64,000 nt of DNA from assembly GCA_022530585.1 (NCBI GenBank), contig CP092821.1:521525-585524 (forward strand), in the 5' to 3' direction. The position numbers and the translations under genes were made by a program. Origin of the DNA: Candidatus Nealsonbacteria bacterium DGGOD1a. Lineage in GTDB: Bacteria; Patescibacteriota; Minisyncoccia; Minisyncoccales; UBA5738. This document shows, one piece after another, positions 1-8,527 of this stretch. How positions within the stretch are numbered: the first letter of the stretch is position 1; every line of letters starts with the position of its first letter. The notes beneath the pieces were generated by a model that saw nothing but the letters and a program-made list of their open reading frames with translations, made no database searches and was not told where the DNA came from.

Positions 1-221
1 GCATGGCGCCGAATGTCAAGACGGCCATTACAGCGAGCAATGCCGCCGCGAAAATATTTGCGCGTTTGTTTGATAATTGCATTTGGCAAATTTTCAATTT
101 ACAATTATCAATTTTCAATGAATATTCCAAATTCCGATATTACAAACAAAATTGGCATTCCGTTTGAATCATTGATAATTGAAAATTCATTGAAAATTGG
201 AGTTTGGGAATTGAAAATTAT

Positions 222-1826
222 TTATGGGATTTCAAAATATCTTATTCCGCTTCGTTCCTTTGTCTGGCTTGCCGGAAATAAGAGCGAGAGTTGATCAAAG
301 ATTGCCTGGTCGTCCTTCATTGGGACAATTATGGTTTTCGGGCCGGGGACGATTTGGCCCAGCTGGTCGGGCTTTAAATAGGTTGAATGCGGGCTGTACC
401 AGGTTTTGCCGATCAAACAGCCTGATCTGTAGCAATGCGCGGTTTCGGCGAATATCACGGTTTGAGCCGGCATCGGAATGCCGTCGGGATAGGGAACCGG
501 CGTGCCGTTTTCATTAACGATAACAACCGTCCGCCAGCCTTGGCGATGCAATTCCGAAGTAAGGCGGCCGATATCGGCAAAAGTATCGGTAAACGCGCCT
601 TTGACATTATCGTTGTCCGCCCAAACAATAAAATACCGCCAATATCCGTTTAGCGCCGTCGCGGCGATAAACAGCGCGGCGGTTCCGATAACCGCGATTT
701 TCGGCCAGCGCGATTTCATCCAGTCGTAAACCGCCAAACCGCCGACTGCGGCCAAAATCATCACTGCCGGAATTACGGCCAAAGTCCGCAGGGCGTGCGG
801 GATGCCTTCCGATGTCAAAACCCCGGGCAACAGCATAAAGAAGAACCAAAACAAAAGCAAAGAATACGATTGGAATTCGTGTTCGAAATCGCGGATTTTG
901 ATTGATTTTATCAGGCGCTTGGTTGAGAAAACAATTCCAATCAGAAATAAGACGCCAACCGGGCAGAAAAGTTCGGCGGCGCCGGGTAAATTGTGCCGCC
1001 AATTTCCGTCGCCGTAGAAATTGAACATTCCCAAATGCAAGACAAGGGATTTTCCCAGTTCAAACGCCGGATTGGAGGATGAAAAAACCGATGTTTGTCC
1101 GGCGCGGCCGATAAAATCAGCCGGATTGTTCAAGAAGTACAGACCGATCGGCAGCGCGACGGCAAAGGCCGCGAGCAATCCCGCGGCGGAAATCTTGATA
1201 AATTGAATTTTGTTTTTCCAAAAATTTATCAGCCAAAACGCGAGCGCGCACAACAGTAAAAGAACCGCCAGGCGATAACCGGTGTAAGTGTAAAATCCAA
1301 GGCCAAAGAAAATGCCGGCCGCCACCGCCCATGAAATTTTCTTTGATCGGAAAGATTTGGTTAAGAAGTAAAAACTGAAAATTAAAAAAAACGGTTCCAG
1401 TGTCACTCGAAAACCGATGCGCGAAAAATTGATATGCCAAAAGGAAGTTGCCAGCAAAAAAGCCGCGAGAAGCGCGATAAAATTTTTACGCTTGTCGAAT
1501 AATTCACGAGCCAATAAATAAAGGCCGAATACGGTCAGCGCGCCGAATACCGCGGCCGGAATTTTTAACGCCAGCGGCGTGATGCCGAAAACCGCCATTG
1601 AAAGCGCGTCCAGCCAAACAATCATTCCTTCGCGGCCGTTATTATCGGCGTAAAACGGCAACCAGTTTCCGGTTTGCAAACTTTGCAAGGCATTGTTCCC
1701 GTTAATCGCGATATCCGGATATAATCCCGGCGGAACCGAATCCAGCCGATAAAACCTAAAAAAAACCGCGATCACGATTATTGCCAGCAACAAAAACGGC
1801 GTTATCAGCCGCGGACTGATTTTCAT
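222..1826 (-). CDS. ArnT/PMT-like polytopic membrane glycosyltransferase (GT39/GT83-type)
   Basis: 534-aa ORF with many hydrophobic helices. The N-terminal FFRFYRLDSVPPGLYPD loop is typical of the ArnT/PMT_2 family. C-terminal soluble domain. Confidence 0.65.
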   Translation of the reverse strand: MKISPRLITPFLLLAIIVIAVFFRFYRLDSVPPGLYPDIAINGNNALQSLQTGNWLPFYADNNGREGMIVWLDALSMAVFGITPLALKIPAAVFGALTVFGLYLLARELFDKRKNFIALLAAFLLATSFWHINFSRIGFRVTLEPFFLIFSFYFLTKSFRSKKISWAVAAGIFFGLGFYTYTGYRLAVLLLLCALAFWLINFWKNKIQFIKISAAGLLAAFAVALPIGLYFLNNPADFIGRAGQTSVFSSSNPAFELGKSLVLHLGMFNFYGDGNWRHNLPGAAELFCPVGVLFLIGIVFSTKRLIKSIKIRDFEHEFQSYSLLLFWFFFMLLPGVLTSEGIPHALRTLAVIPAVMILAAVGGLAVYDWMKSRWPKIAVIGTAALFIAATALNGYWRYFIVWADNDNVKGAFTDTFADIGRLTSELHRQGWRTVVIVNENGTPVPYPDGIPMPAQTVIFAETAHCYRSGCLIGKTWYSPHSTYLKPDQLGQIVPGPKTIIVPMKDDQAIFDQLSLLFPASQTKERSGIRYFEIP

Positions 1827-1845
1827 ATGTGTCTGTGTTTTTAAT

Positions 1846-1906
1846 TGCTTTGAATTGCTTCAAAGAATTTTGATTTAATGGTTTCGCGATTCAAGATAAT
1901 TATACA
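1846..1906. repeat. Short inverted-repeat element, TTGAATYGCGAAAC family (copy 1)
   Basis: Shares gcgaaaccattaaat..aaattctttgaag and caagataatta blocks with 2985-3125 and 19746-19811. Confidence 0.6.
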
Positions 1907-2019
1907 TCGGCGGCGGGTTTTTGAACATATTTATGCGTAACTTTTGTCCGCGCCAATCAATGGCGCGGAGAGTATTCATTTTCCGCGAATAGGTTATAAT
2001 GGATTATTAAAGAAAGAAT

Positions 2020-2775
2020 ATGGCAAAATCCAATAATGGATTTTCGTATTACAAGAAGAAACTTTACGATCCGGATTCTGCCGCGCCGTTTGCGTTGAGC
2101 CGCTCCAAGGTGGATATGTTTTTGAAATGTCCGAGGTGTTTCTATTTGGAACAGAGATTGGGAATCAAAATTCCTTCCGGGCCGGGATTCTCGCTCAATA
2201 ATGCCGTGGATCATTTGCTTAAAAAGGAATTTGACATCCGGCGGGCGGAAGGAGTGTCCCATCCTTTGATGGCCGCCTATGGCATTGACGCGGTGCCGGC
2301 GCGGCACGATGATTTGGAAATCTGGCGCGAGAATTTCAAGGGGATGCGCGTTTTGCACCAACCGACCAATCTTGAGATGTTTGGCGCGATCGACGATTTG
2401 TGGATCAATCCGGCGGGCGAATATCATATCGTTGATTACAAAGCCACGAGCACGATCAAGGAGATTACACTGGATGACCAATGGAAACAATGGTATAAAA
2501 TCCAAGCCGAGTTTTATCAGTGGCTTTTTCGCGCGCGCGGATTCAAAGTGAACGACATTGCCTATTTTGTTTTCGCCAACGCGGCCAAAGATCGCGCCGC
2601 GTTTGACGCCAAACTGGAATTCGCCGTTACCGTGATCGCCCATAACGGCAATGACGCTTGGGTTGAGCCGACGCTTTTGAAAATAAAAGATTGCCTGGAA
2701 TCCGTTCAGCCGCCGGCGCCCAACCCTGATTGCGAGTATTGCCAATACATTGAAAAAGCAAAATCAATCAAATAA
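2020..2775 (+). CDS. PD-(D/E)XK nuclease family protein (Cas4/RecB-like, Cys-cluster type)
   Basis: 251 aa. IVDYKAT (D..K) core, N-terminal CPRC and C-terminal CEYC cysteine pairs as in Cas4/AddB-type nucleases. Confidence 0.55.
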   Translation: MAKSNNGFSYYKKKLYDPDSAAPFALSRSKVDMFLKCPRCFYLEQRLGIKIPSGPGFSLNNAVDHLLKKEFDIRRAEGVSHPLMAAYGIDAVPARHDDLEIWRENFKGMRVLHQPTNLEMFGAIDDLWINPAGEYHIVDYKATSTIKEITLDDQWKQWYKIQAEFYQWLFRARGFKVNDIAYFVFANAAKDRAAFDAKLEFAVTVIAHNGNDAWVEPTLLKIKDCLESVQPPAPNPDCEYCQYIEKAKSIK

Positions 2776-2779
2776 AAAA

Positions 2780-2817
2780 TTCTATAAATTCAGCTATGGC
2801 TAAAAATATAGAATAAA
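2780..2817. repeat. 38-nt palindromic element ttctataaattYagctatggctaaaaatatagaataaa (copy 1)
   Basis: Repeated with one mismatch at 39208-39245. Outer arms ttctata/tatagaa and inner tagc/gcta hairpin. Confidence 0.7.
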
Positions 2818-2948
2818 AAAATACATTGATGCCGGGGTATTAACCCCGCCGTCAACCAAAGGATGTTTCCTTCAAGATTACTTGCGCTTTGCTAAGGAAT
2901 CCTCATTCTTTTTGCCCCCGCGGCGAGCTGACGGGGCATAAAAAGAAT
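2816..2948 (+). repeat. Structured ~90-130-nt intergenic repeat family, copy 1 (three hairpins)
   Basis: Blocks ggggtattaacccc, ccaaaggatgtttcctt, ggaatcctc and ccccg..gcgagctga..cgggg flanked by attcttttt/aaaaagaat. Related copies at 13255-13375(-), 29764-29851(-) and 57820-57933(+). Confidence 0.7.
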
Positions 2949-2984
2949 AAAGTTTTATATTAAAACAAAAATTGCGCGGTTGAT

Positions 2985-3125
2985 TTAAATAATCGCTTTG
3001 AATTGCGAAACCATTAAATTCAAATTCTTTGAAGGGGTCTAACCCTTGCGATTATCCCTCGGGAATACTCGGGACAGGCAGCAAGGGATAGACCCCGAAT
3101 ACAAAGCGTTTCGTAATTCAAGATA
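2985..3125. repeat. TTGAATTGCGAAAC-family element (copy 2) interrupted by a nested palindromic element
   Basis: 2985-3025 plus 3101-3125 are collinear with the reverse complement of 19746-19811. An extra ~75 bp sits between them. Confidence 0.6.
3034..3096. repeat. GGGGTCTAWCCC palindromic element nested in the previous repeat
   Basis: Arms ggggtctaacccttgc / gcaagggatagacccc. Same arm family as the hairpin at 8401-8438. Confidence 0.6.
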
Positions 3126-3162
3126 ATTGGGGGAAAATTCGACTGCGCGAGCCAAGTTAAAA

Positions 3163-4134
3163 ATGAAAAAAATATTTATTGCGTTGGCGATGTTGTTGAT
3201 GGCAGTTGCGGCATTCGCGATTTTTTTTGAGTTCAGCACGCCACAACAGCGGCAAAAGGATACCATTACGATTTTGCGGGGAGAAAACTCGTTGCAGATT
3301 GCCGGCGACCTCAAAGCGGAAGGATATATCAACAGCAAGATTTTCTTTGTGTTGGAATTATTAAAAGGCGGCAATTTCAAAAACCTTAAATCCGGCGAAT
3401 ATGATTTTAAAGATATCGGCCAGACCGAAATGATATACAAACTGGTTCATGCCGATACCGCGGTTAAAACCGTTACCATTGTTCCCGGACAGACATTGGC
3501 GGATATTGCCGCGGTTTTGCGGCAAAAAGATATCGCCGACGCGAACGGATTTTTTGCCGCTTCTTCCACTTTGAATTTTAAAAATAAATACGATTTTCTG
3601 GCGGATCTGCCGGATAACGCGGCCATTGAGGGTTATTTCTTCCCCGATACTTACCAATTGCCGCAAAATCCAACCGCAAGCGATGTTGCCGGTTTGGCTC
3701 TCGATAATTTCGGCAAAAAATTAACTTCGCCGTTGCGCCAAGAAATTAAAAAACGCGGCAAAACGATTTTCGAAACGATTATAATGGCCTCGATTCTGGA
3801 AAAAGAAGTGATAACTTTGGAAGACAAAAAGATTGTTGCCGGAATTTTACAAAAACGGATAAACGAAAAAATGCCATTGCAGGTTGATTGCGCGATTTTG
3901 TATGATAATAACGGAAAATTCGATAAAGAAATCGATTCGCCTTACAACACTTACAAATATGGCGGTTTGCCCGCGGGTCCGATTTGCAATCCCGGGATGG
4001 AATCGATTGAAGCCGCGATCGAACCGGCGGAAACCCGATACTGGTATTACTTGAGCGCGCCGGACGGTACCACGATTTTTTCCAAAAATTATGACGAACA
4101 TCTGGCAAATGTCGCCAAATATTTGAAAAAATGA
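3163..4134 (+). CDS. mltG: Endolytic murein transglycosylase MltG (YceG-like)
   Basis: N-terminal TM anchor. C-terminal YNTYKYGGLPAGPICNPG motif characteristic of the YceG/MltG family. Start placed at MKKIFIALAM. Confidence 0.85.
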   Translation: MKKIFIALAMLLMAVAAFAIFFEFSTPQQRQKDTITILRGENSLQIAGDLKAEGYINSKIFFVLELLKGGNFKNLKSGEYDFKDIGQTEMIYKLVHADTAVKTVTIVPGQTLADIAAVLRQKDIADANGFFAASSTLNFKNKYDFLADLPDNAAIEGYFFPDTYQLPQNPTASDVAGLALDNFGKKLTSPLRQEIKKRGKTIFETIIMASILEKEVITLEDKKIVAGILQKRINEKMPLQVDCAILYDNNGKFDKEIDSPYNTYKYGGLPAGPICNPGMESIEAAIEPAETRYWYYLSAPDGTTIFSKNYDEHLANVAKYLKK

Positions 4135-4326
4135 AAGTGATCGTTCGCCGGGATGCGTGTTTTCACATTTCGCGCGCTTTAACGGGATTTCAACGGATTA
4201 ACCTTTAGAATCCCGTTCCCGGCAAACGGTTGCGCGGATGAAATTTTGACAAAATAAACATTATATTATATAATACCAATGATTTAACCGATGCGCGTGG
4301 CGCGCATTTTTGTTTTTATAAACCAT

Positions 4327-5109
4327 ATGATTAAATTATTGCGGTCCAAATGGCAAATGGGAGCGCGGGTGATACCGATACTTTTCGCGATCGCGGCGAT
4401 CAAAGCGCTCGTTAATTTTTATGATTTGGAATTCCTAAATTTAAACACGATTTTCACCGCGTTGATTTCGGCCAATATATTTTTAATCGGTTTTAACATT
4501 TCCGGCGTGCTTACCGATTTCAAGGCCGGAGAAAAATTACCCGGAGAACTGGCGGCAAACATTGAAGCGATTTCCGATGAGTGCGTTTATGTTTACAAGC
4601 GTTCGAACAGCGAAGCCGCGCGCGAAGGGTTTGATTATTGCTTGAATTTCACTCAAACCGTGCTGGACTGGCTGTACCACAAGACTAAAACTCGCGATGT
4701 TTTGCAAAAAATCAATAGCTTCACCAATATATTTTTGGCGCTGGAGGATAAAAGCCAAACCTCGTTCATGAGCCGCCTTAAGCACGAGCAGTCCGAGATA
4801 CGGCGGGCGGTGATGCGTGTACATGAAATCCGCGAAGTGCGATTTTCGGAAGCGGCCTATGCCGTTGCCGAAATTATGAGCGGCGCGATGATTTTTGGAA
4901 TGATATTTTTAAGGATCGATCCTTTTTACGAAAGCTTGTTTTTCACGGTTTTCGTGGCTTTCGTTTTCATATATATGCTTTTATTGATCCGCGATCTGGA
5001 CGACCCGTTCGCGTATTACGACAAAAAACATTCGGTGGAGGAAATTTCCCTGCATTCGCTGGAAGACTTAAAAGATAGATTGGAGGAACGGCAAAAAAAA
5101 TTGATTTGA
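4327..5109 (+). CDS. Hypothetical membrane protein (possibly bestrophin/DUF4239-like)
   Basis: Four or more hydrophobic helices flanking a helical soluble segment. C-terminal IRDLDDPF motif. Family call is weak. Confidence 0.45.
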   Translation: MIKLLRSKWQMGARVIPILFAIAAIKALVNFYDLEFLNLNTIFTALISANIFLIGFNISGVLTDFKAGEKLPGELAANIEAISDECVYVYKRSNSEAAREGFDYCLNFTQTVLDWLYHKTKTRDVLQKINSFTNIFLALEDKSQTSFMSRLKHEQSEIRRAVMRVHEIREVRFSEAAYAVAEIMSGAMIFGMIFLRIDPFYESLFFTVFVAFVFIYMLLLIRDLDDPFAYYDKKHSVEEISLHSLEDLKDRLEERQKKLI

Positions 5110-5174
5110 AATAGTTGTGCTATAATCATTATTGATGAAGCTTTTCAAGAAGAAACGGGTTTAATCAAAAAAAT

Positions 5175-5942
5175 ATGGAAATAAAAAATCAACAGATTGT
5201 TCCGGCATTGATTTTCGGTTTTAGCGTTATTGCGGCCACCGCTTTGGGCGCGGATTCGTTTTACCGGGCCAAACAGCTTTCAAATGTTTTGTCCGTTACC
5301 GGATCGGCGGAAAAATCGGTGGTTTCCGATACCGTCAAATGGCAAAGTTCGATTTCGCGCAGCGTTGACGCCAGCCAATTAAAACAAGGAAGCGCGCAGA
5401 TTAAAAGCGATATTGAAACCGTGCGGGAATATTTCAAGAGTCTGAATGTCCATGAAGCGGAAATTACCGTCAATCCGGTGACTATAACTCCGTTTTGCGA
5501 GAGCCAGAACGGTATTTCTTATGATAAGTTCGGCAACCAGTCTTGCGGAAGCAGTCCCACCGCCGGATACAATTTGCAACAGGTCATCGTGATTGGGTCC
5601 GACCGCGTGGATGAAATCACCAAACTTACCCAAGACGCATCGGATTATTTCGTGGGCCGGGGATTGGTGTTCACGACACAGAGCCTAGAATATTATTATT
5701 CCAAGCTGGCCGATTTGCGGCTTGATTTGCTTACCCAAGCAACCAAAGACGCCAAGGATCGCGCGCAAAAGATCGCGGAAAGCACCGGCAAAAAAATCGA
5801 TTCGTTGCAAACCGCCAGCCAAGGAGTGTTTCAGGTGACCGCTAAAAATTCGGTCGAAGTGTCTGATTACGGAACCTATGACACGGCTTCTCTGGAAAAG
5901 AAAGTAACGGGAGTCGTCCGCGCTTCGTTCTCGTTGAAATAA
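5175..5942 (+). CDS. SIMPL (DUF541) domain secreted protein
   Basis: N-terminal signal/TM. LRLDLLTQATKDAKDRAQKIAESTGKKI..GVFQV is typical of SIMPL-domain proteins. Confidence 0.7.
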   Translation: MEIKNQQIVPALIFGFSVIAATALGADSFYRAKQLSNVLSVTGSAEKSVVSDTVKWQSSISRSVDASQLKQGSAQIKSDIETVREYFKSLNVHEAEITVNPVTITPFCESQNGISYDKFGNQSCGSSPTAGYNLQQVIVIGSDRVDEITKLTQDASDYFVGRGLVFTTQSLEYYYSKLADLRLDLLTQATKDAKDRAQKIAESTGKKIDSLQTASQGVFQVTAKNSVEVSDYGTYDTASLEKKVTGVVRASFSLK

Positions 5943-5982
5943 ACAATAATTATTCCGTCCGCGGAGCCTTAAAAGCAGGGAA

Positions 5983-7524
5983 CGCGGCAAAAACAAAACC
6001 CCTCGCGAGAGGGGTTTTGCGCGCAAAGATTATCGCGCCAGACCGTTTTCTTTGACAAAAGCGATCTTTTCGCGCAGAGCTTTGCGGGGGTCGTTTTTGA
6101 AGAAACCGGCAATCCGTTTTCTGAACAGCCATCCCAAGCACAGGATTATGCCGGCAAAAGCGATACCCAGTCCGATCATCATATTGCCGTCAAAACCGGT
6201 TGAGATCGTGGTGGCGCCTTGAATGCCGCGGCGGTAAACATAGACCGAAGCGTTGGAATTGGCCGAATTATTGCCCGCGTAGACCGTGGCTACATTGTTC
6301 AATGTGGTTTGGCCGTAAATGAAATTGCTTTCATCCGCGATTGTGGCCGTGTAGGTGATGATCTTGGTTTGCCCGGCGAAGAATGATCCTAAATTGATGT
6401 CATTTAACGAATTGCCGCTTGCGGCATAGCCGTCAACTTGCAGGTCGCGGATATTGGTAATGCCCGCGGGAACCGCGTCGCTCACGCGCACATTTTCGGA
6501 ATTCCCCGAAACTCCGCCAACAATAATTTTGTAAGAAACAATATCCAGCGGATTGGCGGTTACGGTTCCTTGATAGCCGGTGCCGCGGGAAACATTGCTC
6601 ACGGTCTTGGTGATACTCACATTGCCGGTTTGCGTCTGTCCGCATTGTTCCGCGCGCACGATTTCCGTGTCCGTGGCGGTGCGGCTTCCTTGTTCCACCC
6701 GCACTCGCGCGGTGTAGGAACCGACATTGCGATAATCGCACAAGTTGGTCGCGGTGTAGGAAGTGTTGCTCGTGGTGATGGTTTTGTCCCAACTGCCGTC
6801 GTTTTCGCAGTCAAAATAATAGGTGTAGTCGCGGTTGTAGCTGTCACTGCCGTAATTGGAAATCGTGGCGGTCAGATCAACATCGTATAGCGGGGCGCAA
6901 TCGGATTTGGGCCGCGCGGTCAGAGCGACATTAAAATCCGTTGTCTGATGCTCGACATCGATTCGCACGCTGTCGGAATCCGAACCGCATTCGTTTCTGG
7001 CGGTCAAGGTGCAGGTATAGGTGCGGTCGTAATCATAGTCGGAGTCATAGTTGAACGGCGGACGGAATGTCGGGCGCAAAATATTGTAGTCCGACAAACT
7101 GCCGCCGGTGCAATGCCAGGAAAGGCTGTCGTAATCGCCATCCACCGAACCGTCCAAGCGCACGGATTCATCGCCGTCCACATCTTTGTCCGAACCGGCG
7201 TTGACTTCCAACGGATCGTCGCTGCCGTCCAAAGTCACGCTGTCGAAAGCGCTGGCGTTGCCGTTGTAACAAGTCAAGATGAAAGTCCTCGATCCGGTGA
7301 AATCGCCCACGGATTCCGATCCGGAAGTTAGTTTGCTTCCCGACCACGAACCCGAAGCGCTGCAAGAAGTGGCGTTGGTTGATGTCCAAGTCAAAGTCGC
7401 GTTCTTGTTGCAGGTTACCGAACCGCTGGAGCGCAAATCAACCGTGGGCGTGTTGTAGCCGCAATCTTGCGGGCAAGACGATTGGGTTTCGCCGCACTCG
7501 CAGCTGTCGTCGCCGCAAGAGTAA
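5983..7524. repeat. 1,542-bp perfect inverted repeat, left copy (3' part of paralog 1 plus stop plus terminator)
   Basis: Main frame and all shadow-frame ORFs are identical to those in 15385-16926, mirrored about coordinate sum 22909. Boundaries were checked base by base. Confidence 0.85.
5995..6018. terminator. Bidirectional intrinsic terminator hairpin aaaacccctc-gcga-gaggggtttt
   Basis: Perfect stem flanked by A-run and T-run, between convergent genes 5175-5942(+) and 6030-8231(-). Duplicated at 16891-16914. Confidence 0.75.
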
Positions 7525-8231
7525 CATTGCGCGTCGCAGGTTTGCCAGCTTTCCCAAACGGTGCATTGGCCGCTCTGGACGCAGGTTCTGCCCAAAGATC
7601 CGGAACATTCGTGCCGTCCCAAAGCGCATTCGTTCTGACAGGCGCCGATGCAAGAACCGTTGACGCAAGTCTGATTCCAGCCGCATTGAGTGATAGTGCT
7701 CCATTCTTTGCAGGAATCGCTGTCATAGTTGCCGCACTGCTTCCAGCCGTTGCCCGAACATTCCCGCTGGTCGTCGTCCGAACACTCGTCGGTGCAGGAA
7801 GAACAAAGAGGATCATTGGTATAAGCAAATACGACCAATACTTCTCCATGACCATTAGAATCATATAATTTAGAAATCACTTCTCCCTTATAAACATCAA
7901 CTTGGTTCATACATTCTGCGGTATTGATCGACACTTGCTGGGTTTGTCCGGCCGACAAGGTAATCGTTTTTGAATCATACAAAACTTGAGTATCAAGCCA
8001 GCCGGTTTGTCCGGGTTGGACAAAAAGCTTGTAAGCGGAAAAGCTTACGCGAGCGGAAGCGGTGCCTTTATTGGTGATTGAGGCGGTTGCCAAACTCCCA
8101 TGGCCGCCCGCAGACATTATCGTGGCACAGATATCACCATTGCAATTTTCCGCTTTAACATTGCTTGCCATTGTTAAAAACAAAGCAAGCGCAAAAAATA
8201 GACCGATAAATACATTTAGTGATTTTTTCAT
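6030..8231 (-). CDS. Large secreted surface protein, paralog 1 (variable head, Cys-rich modules, PKD/Ig-like repeats, DUF11-like domain, C-terminal TM anchor)
   Basis: Start placed at MKKSLNVFIGLFF (signal peptide). Has two Cys-rich modules; the second (ECALGRHECSG..CTVWESWQTC) is the one shared with paralog 2. PKD-like YTCTLTARNECGSDSDSV. DUF11-like NVSITKTVSN..VSDAVPAGIT. TM helix followed by RKR. Confidence 0.8.
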   Translation of the reverse strand: MKKSLNVFIGLFFALALFLTMASNVKAENCNGDICATIMSAGGHGSLATASITNKGTASARVSFSAYKLFVQPGQTGWLDTQVLYDSKTITLSAGQTQQVSINTAECMNQVDVYKGEVISKLYDSNGHGEVLVVFAYTNDPLCSSCTDECSDDDQRECSGNGWKQCGNYDSDSCKEWSTITQCGWNQTCVNGSCIGACQNECALGRHECSGSLGRTCVQSGQCTVWESWQTCDAQCYSCGDDSCECGETQSSCPQDCGYNTPTVDLRSSGSVTCNKNATLTWTSTNATSCSASGSWSGSKLTSGSESVGDFTGSRTFILTCYNGNASAFDSVTLDGSDDPLEVNAGSDKDVDGDESVRLDGSVDGDYDSLSWHCTGGSLSDYNILRPTFRPPFNYDSDYDYDRTYTCTLTARNECGSDSDSVRIDVEHQTTDFNVALTARPKSDCAPLYDVDLTATISNYGSDSYNRDYTYYFDCENDGSWDKTITTSNTSYTATNLCDYRNVGSYTARVRVEQGSRTATDTEIVRAEQCGQTQTGNVSITKTVSNVSRGTGYQGTVTANPLDIVSYKIIVGGVSGNSENVRVSDAVPAGITNIRDLQVDGYAASGNSLNDINLGSFFAGQTKIITYTATIADESNFIYGQTTLNNVATVYAGNNSANSNASVYVYRRGIQGATTISTGFDGNMMIGLGIAFAGIILCLGWLFRKRIAGFFKNDPRKALREKIAFVKENGLAR

Positions 8232-8310
8232 AGTTTTTTGATTATTTTTAACAATTAATGGCATTGTGTTGAAAATTTTTATAAAAGCAACAGGTTGTAT
8301 ATCTTTGATT

Positions 8311-8339
8311 ATTATAACAAGAAATAATCTATTTGTCAA
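8311..8339 (-). promoter_or_regulatory. Consensus sigma70-type promoter of paralog 1 (TTGACA-17-TATAAT)
   Basis: The minus strand reads TTGACA (8339-8334), a 17-nt spacer, then TATAAT (8316-8311). Confidence 0.7.
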
Positions 8340-8400
8340 GCGACATCAGTGTAACCCCTCACTCACCGGGGATAATCATACATACTAAAACCCGCATTTT

Positions 8401-8438
8401 GGGGTCTATCCCCTTTGTAATCAAAGGGGATAGACCCC
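8401..8438. repeat. Perfect 17-bp-stem hairpin, GGGGTCTATCCC family
   Basis: ggggtctatcccctttg-taat-caaaggggatagacccc, between paralogs 1 and 2. Confidence 0.7.
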
Positions 8439-8527
8439 TTTAAAGACATGAGAATCGGTAAGGCGAAAGCACCAAAGGAACTCCCTCGCGGGAGTTTTGG
8501 AAAAATCACTCTTATCCGATTACCGAA

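Noticed and set aside
13-294. 93-aa ORF at the window start.
   Set aside because: It runs through AT-rich inverted-repeat sequence and overlaps the 3' end of the glycosyltransferase gene. There are no protein-like features.
6433-7868. Numerous 70-150-aa ORFs on both strands inside the surface-protein genes (also 8979-10236 and 15188-16476).
   Set aside because: They are alternative-frame or antisense shadows of long, domain-rich coding frames in GC-rich repeats, with Arg/Gly/Ala-biased nonsense-like composition. Their only use was as a check that the repeats are identical.
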